Positions 21,159-30,472 are shown, counted from the stretch's first letter. The stretch: DNA of 64,000 nt from an uncultured Planctomycetia bacterium (GCA_964536865.1 CAZHYN010000002.1:64608-128607); one strand, 5' to 3'. The notes: generated by a model from the letters alone, not told the origin. Numbers and translations: made by a program.

Positions 21159-21740
21159 TTATAAGCCTAATTCTTCACTAATACCTTTCATTGCTTCTAA
21201 ACAAATGCTGATAAATTCACTAAGGGTAATTCCCAATTCTTGAGAACTCCTTATCTGTTCTCTGTTTGCCCCTCGGGCAAAACTCTTCTCTTTAAACCTA
21301 TTAAGAACAAATTTAACATCTAAAGCTCTAAGAGACTTTTCTGGATGCATTAAAGCAGAAGCTACAATCAATCCTGTTAAAGGGTCAACAGCATATAATG
21401 CCTTGGCCATCTTCGTTTTCCTTTCAATATGCCCGGGATGAGATTTTATTGCCTCAATCACCTCTTCATTAATACCTCGCTCTTTCAGAATCTCAGCAGT
21501 AACAAACCCATGTTGAGAAAAATCATCTTTTGTCTCCTCGTAATCTAAATCATGCAAAAGGCCAGCCAGGCCCCATAAATCCTGATCTTCTCCAAATTCT
21601 TTAGCTAATCTCCTCATACAAGCCTCAACAGCTAAACTATGTTTAATTAAATTCTTATTCTTTAGCCTTTCTTCTAACAACTTTAAGGCTTCTTTTCTGA
21701 ACATCTTTACTGCTCCAGAATCTGCACAATATCTACCCAC
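21159..21740 (-). CDS. HD-domain phosphohydrolase
   Basis: HSLAV...LLHDLDY HD motif. The track start is GTG; an internal ATG (MFRKEAL) may be the real start. Confidence 0.75.
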   Translation of the reverse strand: MGRYCADSGAVKMFRKEALKLLEERLKNKNLIKHSLAVEACMRRLAKEFGEDQDLWGLAGLLHDLDYEETKDDFSQHGFVTAEILKERGINEEVIEAIKSHPGHIERKTKMAKALYAVDPLTGLIVASALMHPEKSLRALDVKFVLNRFKEKSFARGANREQIRSSQELGITLSEFISICLEAMKGISEELGL

Positions 21741-22006
21741 GCCATCCCTCTTGAGCCATTTTCATAAATCTTACACGTTCCTCTTTATCCATCTCTTCTA
21801 CCTTCACTTCAACTCTTACATCTTCATCCTCTTTTTTCAAAGCTTCTTCAATGCTGGTTATTAAGTAATCTTTAAAATGAAACCTTGCTTTCTTCTATAT
21901 TTATATCTTTAATCATTCCTAACTCAAAAAGGCTATAGGCAATCTCAGGATGCTCAACACTTTTTAAAGCCTCCTCCATCCTAATTCTTTTACTTCTCTC
22001 AACCAT
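21733..22006 (-). pseudogene. Frameshifted, degenerate DUF59 (MIP18/SufT-like Fe-S assembly) remnant
   Basis: ATG 22006 with SD GGGAGGG gives MVERSKRIRMEEALKSVEHPEIAYSLFELGMIKDINIEESKVSF then a stop. A frame shifted at the TTTT run (~21874-21884) continues KDYLITSIEEALKKEDEDVRVEVKVEEMDKEERVRFMKMAQEGWRG*. The central CP/Cys motif is absent. Confidence 0.4.
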
Positions 22007-22159
22007 AAACCCTCCCCTATTTAAATTTCTCCCTCCAAAATCTTTGTAATTATTAATATCCTGGTAGGAAGGGAAAGAGCTTTAAAGAAATCAGTAACTT
22101 TCCTCAAATCCAATCTTTCTATCTATCCCCTCCTGATTGGTTTATGATATTTGAATATT

Positions 22160-22187
22160 CTTATATCATAAGAAAAAAATATGTCAA
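22160..22187 (-). promoter_or_regulatory. Sigma70-type promoter (-35 TTGACA, 16-bp spacer, extended -10 TGaTATAAG) driving the DUF59-remnant / HD / UDG gene string
   Basis: Read directly on the minus strand. -35 at 22182-22187, -10 at 22160-22165. Confidence 0.45.
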
Positions 22188-22188
22188 T

Positions 22189-22434
22189 AAATTTACGGCT
22201 GGAGTTTCCCCATTTTTCCAGCTATCTGGCAAAGATTTAAAAATATTTAAATTTTTTACCTCAAAAAGTTCTTGAAAATATTGGCTTTTCAAAATTTTGG
22301 GGAAACAGTTTCCCCATTTTTTAAGAATAAAAATTTAGCGGAAGGGTCCAGATTTTAATTTTTTTAACTCCTTATATTATAATAAGTTACATAATTTTAT
22401 AGATAAATTATGGGGAAACTCCAAATTTACGGCT
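22189..22434. repeat. Structured repeat region. A 12-bp direct repeat AAATTTACGGCT (22189-22200 and 22423-22434) flanks inverted 13-bp repeats GGAGTTTCCCCAT (22201-22213 / 22410-22422). A perfect palindrome GGGGAAAC-AG-GTTTCCCC sits in the centre (22299-22315).
   Basis: Exact matches in the sequence. The proximal copy sits 11 bp upstream of the -35. Confidence 0.6.
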
Positions 22435-22624
22435 TGTGGATGCAAACATCCTATAATCACAACTTTACCTCTATCTATATCAGAGTTGTTGTAGCTTCCA
22501 ATTTCTCATCTTCTATTTTGTCGAGCTTCTATTCAAAAGAACGCTTACTTCTTTTCGAATAAGTTCAAATACTCTTTCTTCTAAATCTCGTAGAATACCC
22601 CCACAACAGATAAAAATCAAAAGT

Positions 22625-22993
22625 TTACAGGGGCTGGGCTTCTTTTAATTTTTCCAGCTCTTCTATAGTCTTTTCCGCAACAATTTTTTCTTTATTATAA
22701 TGCTTTATCATCCGCTGCAAGCATTTCCCTTTTTCTTTAACATCACCAAGATACTTAGCGCAAAGTTCCATAAATTTCTTTGTCTGTTCCACGTTATTTT
22801 TTACGTCCTCCGGTATCTTCTCGCTATCATGCCTTACCGCCTCATTGGGGCATGCGCTATGGCAAATACCACAATGGATGCATTCTTCCATATTTATCTT
22901 TGCTTTTCCATCCTCCATTGAAATTGCCCCTACAGGACATTTCTCTACGCATATTCCGCAACCAACACATCCATCTTTGTCAACCCATGGCAT
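22625..22993 (-). CDS. 2x[4Fe-4S] ferredoxin with a C-terminal helical extension
   Basis: CVGCGICVEKCP and CIHCGICHSACP clusters. Confidence 0.8.
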   Translation of the reverse strand: MPWVDKDGCVGCGICVEKCPVGAISMEDGKAKINMEECIHCGICHSACPNEAVRHDSEKIPEDVKNNVEQTKKFMELCAKYLGDVKEKGKCLQRMIKHYNKEKIVAEKTIEELEKLKEAQPL

Positions 22994-23116
22994 TTTAGTA
23001 CCTCCTATTTAGATTCCTGGTTTAGTCCTCTATAGCAAACCATTTATATAGAGGCCTCTATTAATTTTATTATCCTCTGACAGGAATTCGGAAGACTCTA
23101 TACTGCTCCCTGTTGA

Positions 23117-23794
23117 CTATCGATACTCTCTCCTGCCAAATATAACTGTCCCTAATCTTATCATATTAGCTCCCTCTTCAATTGCTACTTTATAAGAATT
23201 AGACATACCCATAGAAAGATATTTTAACTCTACATTGGGGATATTGGCTTCCTTTAATCTATTGAAAAATTCCTTTGTCTTTCTAAAATAAACTCTTACA
23301 TCTTCAGGGTTACCTGTTCTTGGCCCCATAGTCATCAAACCTTCCAATTTTAAATAATTTAACTTAGAAATATACTCTGCTAACTCTTTTATAATCTCAT
23401 ACTCTGGTTTTACTCCTGCTTTAGTTATCTCACTGCCTATGTTTATCTCTATAAAAACAGATATTTTTTTATTCAAATTATGAGCCCTTTTATTTATTGC
23501 CTCAGCAAGCTCAGAAGAATCAACTGTCTGAATACAATCAAATACTTTTAGTGCTTTGTTAATTTTATTTTTCTGCAAAGCACCAATCAAATGCCATTTT
23601 ACTTTTCCTGCCTTTTCTCCTAATTCCTGATACATCTTTTCTGCTTCCTGAACATAATTCTCTCCGATGATTTCCGCACCTGCAGAAATTGCTTCTTCTA
23701 TCTCCTCTTTCGTTCTCGTCTTAGCTGCTAAAACTATCTGCACATAATCAGGTATTTCCTCTCTAACTTTTAAAAAATTATCTCTTATATTCAT
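23117..23794 (-). CDS. YggS-family PLP-binding protein (PLP homeostasis)
   Basis: VLAAKTRT...HLIGALQKNK YggS signature. Confidence 0.85.
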   Translation of the reverse strand: MNIRDNFLKVREEIPDYVQIVLAAKTRTKEEIEEAISAGAEIIGENYVQEAEKMYQELGEKAGKVKWHLIGALQKNKINKALKVFDCIQTVDSSELAEAINKRAHNLNKKISVFIEINIGSEITKAGVKPEYEIIKELAEYISKLNYLKLEGLMTMGPRTGNPEDVRVYFRKTKEFFNRLKEANIPNVELKYLSMGMSNSYKVAIEEGANMIRLGTVIFGRREYR

Positions 23795-24321
23795 TAACTC
23801 TCCTTAAGAGCCTTAATCAATTCTCTACAATAATAAGGGATGTCTTTTACAACTCTTCCCCATACTAAATTCCCATCACGAAATGCAGCCCTGTCTTCCC
23901 AGATAGCACCAGCATTCTCCAAATCATCTTTTATTCCTCTTGAACCTGTTGCTTTTTTCCCTTTAACAATACCTGCTGATATCCCTACTAAACCTGCGTG
24001 ACAAATCATTCCTATAATTTTATTACGTTTATAAATTTCCTTTACTAAATCAAGAATATCCTTATCTCTTCTTAATTTATCTGGAGCCCAACCTCCGGGA
24101 ATCAAAATTGCATCTACTTCATCTGGATTAATTTCAGAAGCTCTATACTCACTTTTTACTTTTAACCCTCCAGATTTGCTTATATACTCCTCATCTTTTT
24201 TCAATCCTACTATTTTGATATCTGCTCCTTCCTCCAACATTCTCATATAAACCACCCAGAACTCCAAATCTTCGTAACCGGGTCCTACCAACATAACTAT
24301 TTTCTTCCCCTTTAATTTCAT
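23794..24321 (-). CDS. DJ-1/PfpI-family protein
   Basis: ILIPGG...ICHAG catalytic Cys-His region. Confidence 0.8.
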   Translation of the reverse strand: MKLKGKKIVMLVGPGYEDLEFWVVYMRMLEEGADIKIVGLKKDEEYISKSGGLKVKSEYRASEINPDEVDAILIPGGWAPDKLRRDKDILDLVKEIYKRNKIIGMICHAGLVGISAGIVKGKKATGSRGIKDDLENAGAIWEDRAAFRDGNLVWGRVVKDIPYYCRELIKALKES

Positions 24322-24333
24322 AATTTACCTGTT

Positions 24334-24882
24334 CTAATGTTCTCTATAATCCTTTTCCCCTGCATATATGGGAACTTTTAACCAATTCTCTGGCGGAGTA
24401 AACGGACAGGCATAATCTTTACTATAAGCACACCAAGGATTATAGGCTTTGTTAAAATCTAAAATCCATTTACCTTCCGAAGTTAAATCTCTATCTGCTT
24501 CTAAATCCAGATACCTGCCTGCTCCGTAAGTCTCTTTACCAGAAGTTAAATCTCTAAAAGGGACAAATAATCTCTCATCCTGCTCGTCTGACTTATATGC
24601 CTGCAATTTACAATCAACTCCATCTACCCTGAATCTGAATTCTCCCCATCTTATAAACTTCCTTATATTCCCTTTGGTATCCTCTATTTCTAAAACGTTC
24701 TTCTGAGAATGTTCAAACAGTTCTAACTCAAATCTATATTTAATATCAGGTGGATAGTAATTTAATCCTTTAAAATGCTCTTTTTCTTCCCAGGGAATAG
24801 GAGACTGAAAACTCCACTTAAAGAAATTATCTTTTTGCTTTCTTTCTTCCTCAATATCATTCTTCCATTTCTCAACATCCAT
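24334..24882 (-). CDS. DUF1684-domain protein
   Basis: YNPWCAY and C-terminal motifs typical of DUF1684. Confidence 0.6.
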   Translation of the reverse strand: MDVEKWKNDIEEERKQKDNFFKWSFQSPIPWEEKEHFKGLNYYPPDIKYRFELELFEHSQKNVLEIEDTKGNIRKFIRWGEFRFRVDGVDCKLQAYKSDEQDERLFVPFRDLTSGKETYGAGRYLDLEADRDLTSEGKWILDFNKAYNPWCAYSKDYACPFTPPENWLKVPIYAGEKDYREH

Positions 24883-25446
24883 TTATTTCCCTCCTTTTCT
24901 AAAATTTAATATCTGGCACTCATTGTAATAATCATTATGTAAACATCTTTTAACTAACTTTTTCTCAAAAATAAACCCTATCTCCTCAACTTCTTTTATA
25001 ATATCTTCCAGACTCAGAGAAGCCAGTTCCCTCAGAGGAAAGTCGTCTTTATAATGCTTGGGATAAACAGAAAAAAGTCCATCTTTTTTTAATACCCTGT
25101 AAACTTCTTTATAAATTTTCTCTCTATTTTTTTCATAATGAATAACATCGTAACATAAAACTGCATCTAAAAAGTCATCCCCCAGAGGAATTTTCGTCTC
25201 TGTTTGAATTATCTCTATATTTTCCAACTTTTCTTCAGTGAGTATCTGTCTCAACTTATTCAATACTCCTCTATCCTTATCCAAAGCATAAACTCTACCA
25301 TTCTTTCCTACAACTTTTGCCGCTGGAATTGTATAATGACCCTCTCCACAACCAAAGTCCAACACAATTTGTCCCTTCTTTAAACCAATACTCCTCAAAA
25401 ATCTTCCTCCATCTTCATTTATCCACTTCCTTACATCCCCATCCAT
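24883..25446 (-). CDS. Class I SAM-dependent methyltransferase
   Basis: VLDFGCGEGHYT motif I. Confidence 0.7.
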   Translation of the reverse strand: MDGDVRKWINEDGGRFLRSIGLKKGQIVLDFGCGEGHYTIPAAKVVGKNGRVYALDKDRGVLNKLRQILTEEKLENIEIIQTETKIPLGDDFLDAVLCYDVIHYEKNREKIYKEVYRVLKKDGLFSVYPKHYKDDFPLRELASLSLEDIIKEVEEIGFIFEKKLVKRCLHNDYYNECQILNFRKGGK

Positions 25447-25560
25447 TATCCTTCTATAGTTTAATCACTTATAAGTAATCCTTCTCATTACCCTATTCTC
25501 TCCTTCTAATCATTAAAACAACACTTTCTAAACTAACTCCTAAGAGAAAAACCTTAAATT

Positions 25561-26073
25561 CTAAAATTCAAGAGACTTTAATCTCTCTACATCTTTAAGT
25601 ATTCTCCTGTGGGAAGAAAAAGGTATGTAAGGAATTTCTTTCTTTCTAAAAAATCTTGCCTCTTTTAATTCATTATTTACGAAAATCCTATCCTTAGAAA
25701 CCCTTACCAAATAAGCTATTGCCAGAATAGTCCCGTATTTCTTAGTCTTCTGAATATAAACTCCTATTAGATTAGCAATTTCTCCTTCTATCTTAGTTTC
25801 TTCTCTTAACTCCCTTAAACAAGCCTCTCGAGGGTCTTCTTCCCACTCAACAAAACCTCCGGGAAGTGCCCATTTATTCTTTCCAGGCTCCACATTCCTC
25901 TTAGCTAAAAGAATTTTTCCTTCCTTGTCAATCGCTACACCCACTGCTACCGGTAGAGGATTTTTGTAATGTATCCACCCACACCTAAAGCAAATTTGCC
26001 GAAGACAGCCGTCTATCTTTCGCCATCTTAAAGAGTGACTACAAAAAGGACAAAATTTAAAGTTGGTGTTCAT
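25561..26073 (-). CDS. Nudix hydrolase with N-terminal zinc ribbon (NudC-like architecture)
   Basis: CPFCSH...CFRCG ribbon; Nudix box GGFVEWEEDPREACLRELREETKIE. Confidence 0.75.
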   Translation of the reverse strand: MNTNFKFCPFCSHSLRWRKIDGCLRQICFRCGWIHYKNPLPVAVGVAIDKEGKILLAKRNVEPGKNKWALPGGFVEWEEDPREACLRELREETKIEGEIANLIGVYIQKTKKYGTILAIAYLVRVSKDRIFVNNELKEARFFRKKEIPYIPFSSHRRILKDVERLKSLEF

Positions 26074-26336
26074 CTCTTACACACTCCATCATCCGAGCAA
26101 GGCGGCCTATCGCAACGCTCACTTCTTCCACAACAGGTTCTTCCAGGAGAATTACTATTTTTATAATCAGTAGCGTAGAAGCCTGAGCCTTTAAAAATGA
26201 AACCTGCCCCTCCTTCAATAAGACGCCTAACTTTCTGACCACACCGGGGACAAACTTTTACCGGCTCCTCACTCATACTTTGAAATTTCTCAAACCTATA
26301 ACCGCACTCTTCACATAAATACTCATAAGTAGGCAT
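26070..26336 (-). CDS. FmdB-family zinc-ribbon protein with Cys-rich C-terminal extension
   Basis: MPTYEYLCEECGYRF...CPRCG. Confidence 0.55.
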   Translation of the reverse strand: MPTYEYLCEECGYRFEKFQSMSEEPVKVCPRCGQKVRRLIEGGAGFIFKGSGFYATDYKNSNSPGRTCCGRSERCDRPPCSDDGVCKR

Positions 26337-26346
26337 TCTATCCTCC

Positions 26347-27168
26347 TTATCTTTCTAAGTATGCTATTATCTTCTCTATTATTTCATCTGTAACTTTAGA
26401 AGCAGCTAAATCTTTATTAAAATATACAAATGGTTTGCCTGAATCAGAAAGCTTAACAATTTCAGGCTCAACCGGTATTCTCCCTAAGAAAGGAACATTC
26501 AACTTTCTCGCTGAAGCTTCTGCCCCTCCCCTACCAAACAAATCTATCTCTTTTCCACAATAAGGACAAATGAAACCACTCATATTCTCTATTATCCCAA
26601 TTACAGGAACGTTTAACTCTTTAGCAAACAATACGCTCTTGCGGGAATCTAAAGTAGCTACATCCTGAGGAGTAGTAACAACTACTGCTCCATTCAGGTT
26701 TGGTATAAGCTGACACACGCTTAAAGGTTCGTCTCCCGTACCTGGAGGAGAATCTATTACTAAATAATCAAGTCTTCCCCAATTTACATCAGATAAGAAT
26801 TGCTTAATTACGCCCATCTTAAGAGGGCCCCTCCATATAACAGGCTTCTCCTGGTCTTTGCCGACAAAAGCAAGGCTAATTGCCTTAAGATTAGGAAGCA
26901 CTTTTATAGGCTCAATACCCTTATCTGAACCTGTAACCCTTGCTCCCTCTACTCCCAGCATTTTAGCAATATTAGGGCCATGAATATCCACATCTAATAT
27001 ACCAATTTGCTTACCCCTAAGAGCTAAACTGTAGGCTAAATTTACAGCTATGGTAGTCTTTCCTACTCCACCTTTCCCACTTATAACAATAATCTTATAG
27101 TTTATGCCGCACATTTTCTCCTTAAGACGTTCGTCTTGGGCTATCTTCTCTTCATTTATATTCTGCAT
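26347..27168 (-). CDS. Mrp/NBP35 (ApbC) family Fe-S cluster carrier ATPase
   Basis: GKGGVGKTT P-loop; CPYCG cluster-bridging motif. Confidence 0.85.
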   Translation of the reverse strand: MQNINEEKIAQDERLKEKMCGINYKIIVISGKGGVGKTTIAVNLAYSLALRGKQIGILDVDIHGPNIAKMLGVEGARVTGSDKGIEPIKVLPNLKAISLAFVGKDQEKPVIWRGPLKMGVIKQFLSDVNWGRLDYLVIDSPPGTGDEPLSVCQLIPNLNGAVVVTTPQDVATLDSRKSVLFAKELNVPVIGIIENMSGFICPYCGKEIDLFGRGGAEASARKLNVPFLGRIPVEPEIVKLSDSGKPFVYFNKDLAASKVTDEIIEKIIAYLER

Positions 27169-27192
27169 TACTTCCCTCCTGAAAACAGAAAG

Positions 27193-28053
27193 TTATGTAA
27201 TCTCTTCCTCTAATCTATACCAGATTTTAGTAACCTCTCTCTTAGCTTCTGTATCCTGGTATTCTATAATTGTTTTTCCTTCTACCATAGCCTTTACTAC
27301 AGACTCGTCAAATTTTATTTTGCCAATTATTGGAATATTATTAATCTGGCAGTAATTTTCTATTCTTTCAGTAACTTCAGTATTTAAATTAAATTTATTT
27401 ATTATCAGTTTAACAGAAACTCCAAAATGCTTAGCTACCTTAATAACTCTATCTGCATCATGCAAGCCTGATAAAGTAGGCTCAACCACCACTATTGCAT
27501 AATCTAAGCCTGATAAAGAAGCAATTACCGGACATCCTATCCCTGGTGAACCATCTATAATTATCAAACTACAATTTTCTTTCTCGGCTATTTGCTTTGC
27601 CTTTTCCCTGACCAAGCTAACGAGTTTGCCTGAGTTTTCTTCAGCTACTCCCAATCTGGCATGGATTAATTTACCAAATCTTGTATTAGATATAAACCAC
27701 TCTCCACAAATCTTTTCCTCCATTCTAATAGCCCCAGCAGGACAAACGTAGCTACAAAAACAGCAACCTTCACAGGAAATAGGGTCAACCACAAAATCCT
27801 CAGTTATAGCAGAAAAACGGCATACAGAGAGGCATTTTCCACAGCGTTGGCAAAACTTCTTATCAATCTCTGCGACTTTACCACTTTTAAACTTATGTCT
27901 TTCTATAATTTCAGGTTTAAGCAAAAGATGTAAATCTGCTGCGTCTACATCACAATCAGCAAAAACAGCATCCTTAGCCAAAGAAGCAAAACCAGCAGTA
28001 ATCACAGTCTTACCTGTCCCGCCTTTTCCACTAATAATTCCAATCTGCTTCAT
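27193..28053 (-). CDS. MinD/ParA-superfamily ATPase with inserted 2x[4Fe-4S] ferredoxin domain (COG1149 type)
   Basis: GKGGTGKT P-loop; CQRCGKCLSVC and CEGCCFCSYVCP clusters. Confidence 0.8.
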   Translation of the reverse strand: MKQIGIISGKGGTGKTVITAGFASLAKDAVFADCDVDAADLHLLLKPEIIERHKFKSGKVAEIDKKFCQRCGKCLSVCRFSAITEDFVVDPISCEGCCFCSYVCPAGAIRMEEKICGEWFISNTRFGKLIHARLGVAEENSGKLVSLVREKAKQIAEKENCSLIIIDGSPGIGCPVIASLSGLDYAIVVVEPTLSGLHDADRVIKVAKHFGVSVKLIINKFNLNTEVTERIENYCQINNIPIIGKIKFDESVVKAMVEGKTIIEYQDTEAKREVTKIWYRLEEEIT

Positions 28054-28886
28054 TTTACCAATTCTTTAATCTTATAATAGAGAATTTTAAACTTTTCTCT
28101 ATATTCAGGAAATCCTTCTATAAGAGGGATGCCTTTTGAATAAGCAACTGCTATTTCTTTTTTAAAAGGAATCTGCATAAGAATAGGGAGCTTCTTTTGT
28201 CTACAAAACTCATCTACTTTGTTATCACCCAATTCAGACCGATTAATAATTACACCAAAAGGAATCTTAAGTTTTCTCAACATCTCCACCGCTAAAGCCA
28301 AATCATTAAGGCCAAAAGGGGTAGGCTCAGTAACTAAGATACAAAAATCACTCCCCTTTACTGCTTCAATAACAGGGCAGGAAGTACCGGGAGGAACATC
28401 AATAATAACATTTTTACCAGAATTTATATGGGCTTTGACCTGGCTAATAAGGGGAGGAGAAATCGCTTCACCAATATTAAGCCTTCCTCCCACAAATTCT
28501 AAATCGTTTTTTCTACCTATTTCAATAACACCTATTTCCCTCTCAACCTCTTTAATAGCTCCTTGAGGACAAAAGAAGCTGCAAGCTCCACAACTATGGC
28601 AAAGTTCTTTAAAGACTAAAACATCCTTATTCTTTATTACCGCAATAGCTTTATAAGCACAGACTTCTGCACACTTTCCGCAGAAATTGCACTTCTCCTT
28701 ATCTATCTGAGGAACCAGGACAAAAGCTTTTACTTTCTCTGTTATCTGAGGCTTTATAAATATATGAGAGTTAGGCTCCTCTACATCACAATCTAAAAGC
28801 TGGGCAGAAGGTAGAGAAAGAGCTAAATTTACAGCAATAGTAGTCTTTCCTGTTCCACCTTTACCTGAAGCAACTGAAATAACCAT
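28050..28886 (-). CDS. MinD/ParA-superfamily ATPase with inserted 2x[4Fe-4S] ferredoxin domain (COG1149 type); paralog of the gene at 27193-28053
   Basis: GKGGTGKTT; CNFCGKCAEVC and CHSCGACSFFCP. Confidence 0.8.
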   Translation of the reverse strand: MVISVASGKGGTGKTTIAVNLALSLPSAQLLDCDVEEPNSHIFIKPQITEKVKAFVLVPQIDKEKCNFCGKCAEVCAYKAIAVIKNKDVLVFKELCHSCGACSFFCPQGAIKEVEREIGVIEIGRKNDLEFVGGRLNIGEAISPPLISQVKAHINSGKNVIIDVPPGTSCPVIEAVKGSDFCILVTEPTPFGLNDLALAVEMLRKLKIPFGVIINRSELGDNKVDEFCRQKKLPILMQIPFKKEIAVAYSKGIPLIEGFPEYREKFKILYYKIKELVK

Positions 28887-28985
28887 AGTTTATATAATTT
28901 GATGATAAGCCATCATTATCTGCTAAAACTTATAAGATATCCCCAAAGAGGTGGGTCTTCTGGAGGATAAAACCTCTTCTATCTA

Positions 28986-29198
28986 TTACCCACGAACCAT
29001 CCTGGTTCCACACTTAGGACAATTCAAGCTATAACAAGGAACACCTACCTGATGAGGCACTCTCATCCCACAACTAGGACAAACACAATTTCCTCCTGGA
29101 CCTGCACCGGGACGATTTCCACCCATTCTACCTCTACCTCTACCACCACCGCTGCCTCTACCTCCTCCAATTGGGCCTCTTCCATCTCCAAAAGGCAT
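28986..29198 (-). CDS. Small Gly/Arg-rich protein with C-terminal CxxC..CxxC zinc ribbon
   Basis: GGGRGSGGGRGRGRMGG low-complexity N-terminus; CPSCG...CPKCG. Confidence 0.5.
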   Translation of the reverse strand: MPFGDGRGPIGGGRGSGGGRGRGRMGGNRPGAGPGGNCVCPSCGMRVPHQVGVPCYSLNCPKCGTRMVRG

Positions 29199-29212
29199 CT
29201 TTTACCTCCTTT

Positions 29213-29530
29213 TTAGGCTCTACGAGAATCATTGGAAAGTTTATCTATTCGAGCTAAAACAGAAAAAAGGGTTTCTCTTAACTTCCCAAGTTCATCTTTA
29301 ATTTCTTTTACTTCTCTATCTTTATTTGCTTTTTCAGAAGAAACCATCCTTATTGCCTGAAATGGACAAAATCTTGTGCATACTCCGCAACCTACACATT
29401 TATCCTCATCAATCCAGGGCCTCCCTCTCACCACTCTTATAGCACCTTGGGGACAACTCGAAATACACTGAAGACAACCCCTGCATATACTTAAATTAAC
29501 TACAGCTTTTTTAGATTCTCTAATGCTCAC
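29213..29530 (-). CDS. 2x[4Fe-4S] ferredoxin-like protein with coiled-coil C-terminal tail
   Basis: CRGCLQCISSCP and CVGCGVCTRFCP, then EVKEIKDELGKLRETL heptads. Confidence 0.7.
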   Translation of the reverse strand: MSIRESKKAVVNLSICRGCLQCISSCPQGAIRVVRGRPWIDEDKCVGCGVCTRFCPFQAIRMVSSEKANKDREVKEIKDELGKLRETLFSVLARIDKLSNDSRRA

Positions 29531-29846
29531 ACTTATCTGCGCTTTCTTTAAGAACCCCTTTTATAAAATCGTCTATTACCTTATTGATTTCTCCCTCAGC
29601 AAAAATAACCTGGATATTTTTTTCTCTGAATAACTCCTGAGCTCTTGGACCCATACCTCCGCAGATTATCACATTTACCTCCATCTTTGAAAGATATTCA
29701 GGCAAAAAACCTGGAGTATGACCAGGATTAGAAATAGTCTTTCTTTGCTTTACGCTTTGGCCCTCAGCATCAACAATCTCATACTCAAGACATCTTCCAA
29801 AATGAGAACTTACTAAATCTCCCTCTTTAGCTATGGCTATCCTCAT
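29520..29846 (-). CDS. NifX/NifB-like dinitrogenase FeMo-cofactor-binding family protein (COG1433, MTH1175-like)
   Basis: MRIAIAKEGDLVSSHFGRC...IICGGMGPRAQELF. Confidence 0.75.
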   Translation of the reverse strand: MRIAIAKEGDLVSSHFGRCLEYEIVDAEGQSVKQRKTISNPGHTPGFLPEYLSKMEVNVIICGGMGPRAQELFREKNIQVIFAEGEINKVIDDFIKGVLKESADKCEH

Positions 29847-30472
29847 TCTTCTGCTCCTTTCTCTAATTCCTGAATTCTTTTGTTTATTAGGCTCATCTGT
29901 TGTTTTAAAAAATCTAACTGCTGTTTTAAAAATTGAAGCTCCTGCTCTTTAGAAACTTGAGGTTGATTAACCTGAGGATAAAATCCTGGTTGAAAAAACC
30001 TTCCTCTTCCCATACCCATACCTCTTCCCATCCCAAAGCCAGGCATAAACCCTGGAGTTGAATAAGGTATATTTTGTTGAGGATTATTAGCTAATGCAGA
30101 AGGTCCCATCATTCCAAAGTGGCCGAGAACATTAGGGTTAGGAGTGGGGTTGAGCTGGTTTTTTTTAAATTTATCTATGGCCTCTCTTACAGTTAAACCA
30201 GCTAAACCGGTAATAACCTGTATACCTGAAGCCTGAAATACTCCAAAAGAATTAGGTCCCACATTACCAGTCAATACTGCATTTACCCCTTTATTGGCTA
30301 TAAACTGGGCACTGGATATTCCTGCTCCTGAAGGAGAACTAATATTAGGATTAGAGAGACTTTCAAAACTATCCTTTTCTGTATCATAAATTATAAAATA
30401 AGCACATCTTCCAAAACGAGGATCAACCAGAGAATCTAAATTTCCCCCCTGAGAAGTCACACATATCTTCAT
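29843..30472 (-). CDS. NifX-like (Nitro_FeMo-Co) domain fused to a Gly/Met/aromatic low-complexity linker and a C-terminal coiled coil
   Basis: MKICVTSQGGNLDSLVDPRFGRCAYFII, then GFMPGFGMGRGMGMGRGRFFQPGFYP, then KEQELQFLKQQLDFLKQQMSLINKRIQELEK. Confidence 0.7.
   Translation of the reverse strand: MKICVTSQGGNLDSLVDPRFGRCAYFIIYDTEKDSFESLSNPNISSPSGAGISSAQFIANKGVNAVLTGNVGPNSFGVFQASGIQVITGLAGLTVREAIDKFKKNQLNPTPNPNVLGHFGMMGPSALANNPQQNIPYSTPGFMPGFGMGRGMGMGRGRFFQPGFYPQVNQPQVSKEQELQFLKQQLDFLKQQMSLINKRIQELEKGAEE

Noticed and set aside
22272-22292. TTGAAAATA-TTGGC-TTTTCAA inverted repeat as a third Fur-type operator
   Set aside because: The half-sites match the 7-1-7 boxes but the spacer is about 7 nt, not 1, so the same dimer is unlikely to bind. 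Kept only as part of the structured region.
22189-22434. CRISPR array interpretation of the repeated GGAGTTTCCCCA units
   Set aside because: Only three copies, in mixed orientations, with unequal spacing and no cas genes. Not a CRISPR.
22530-22624. Imperfect AAAAGAA-loop-TTCTTTT hairpin as terminator of the ferredoxin gene
   Set aside because: Weak AT-only stem with no clear U-tract; not convincing enough to annotate.
26057-26242. 61-aa ORF overlapping the FmdB-like and Nudix genes
   Set aside because: Entirely nested in two better-supported genes on the same strand, in a different frame.
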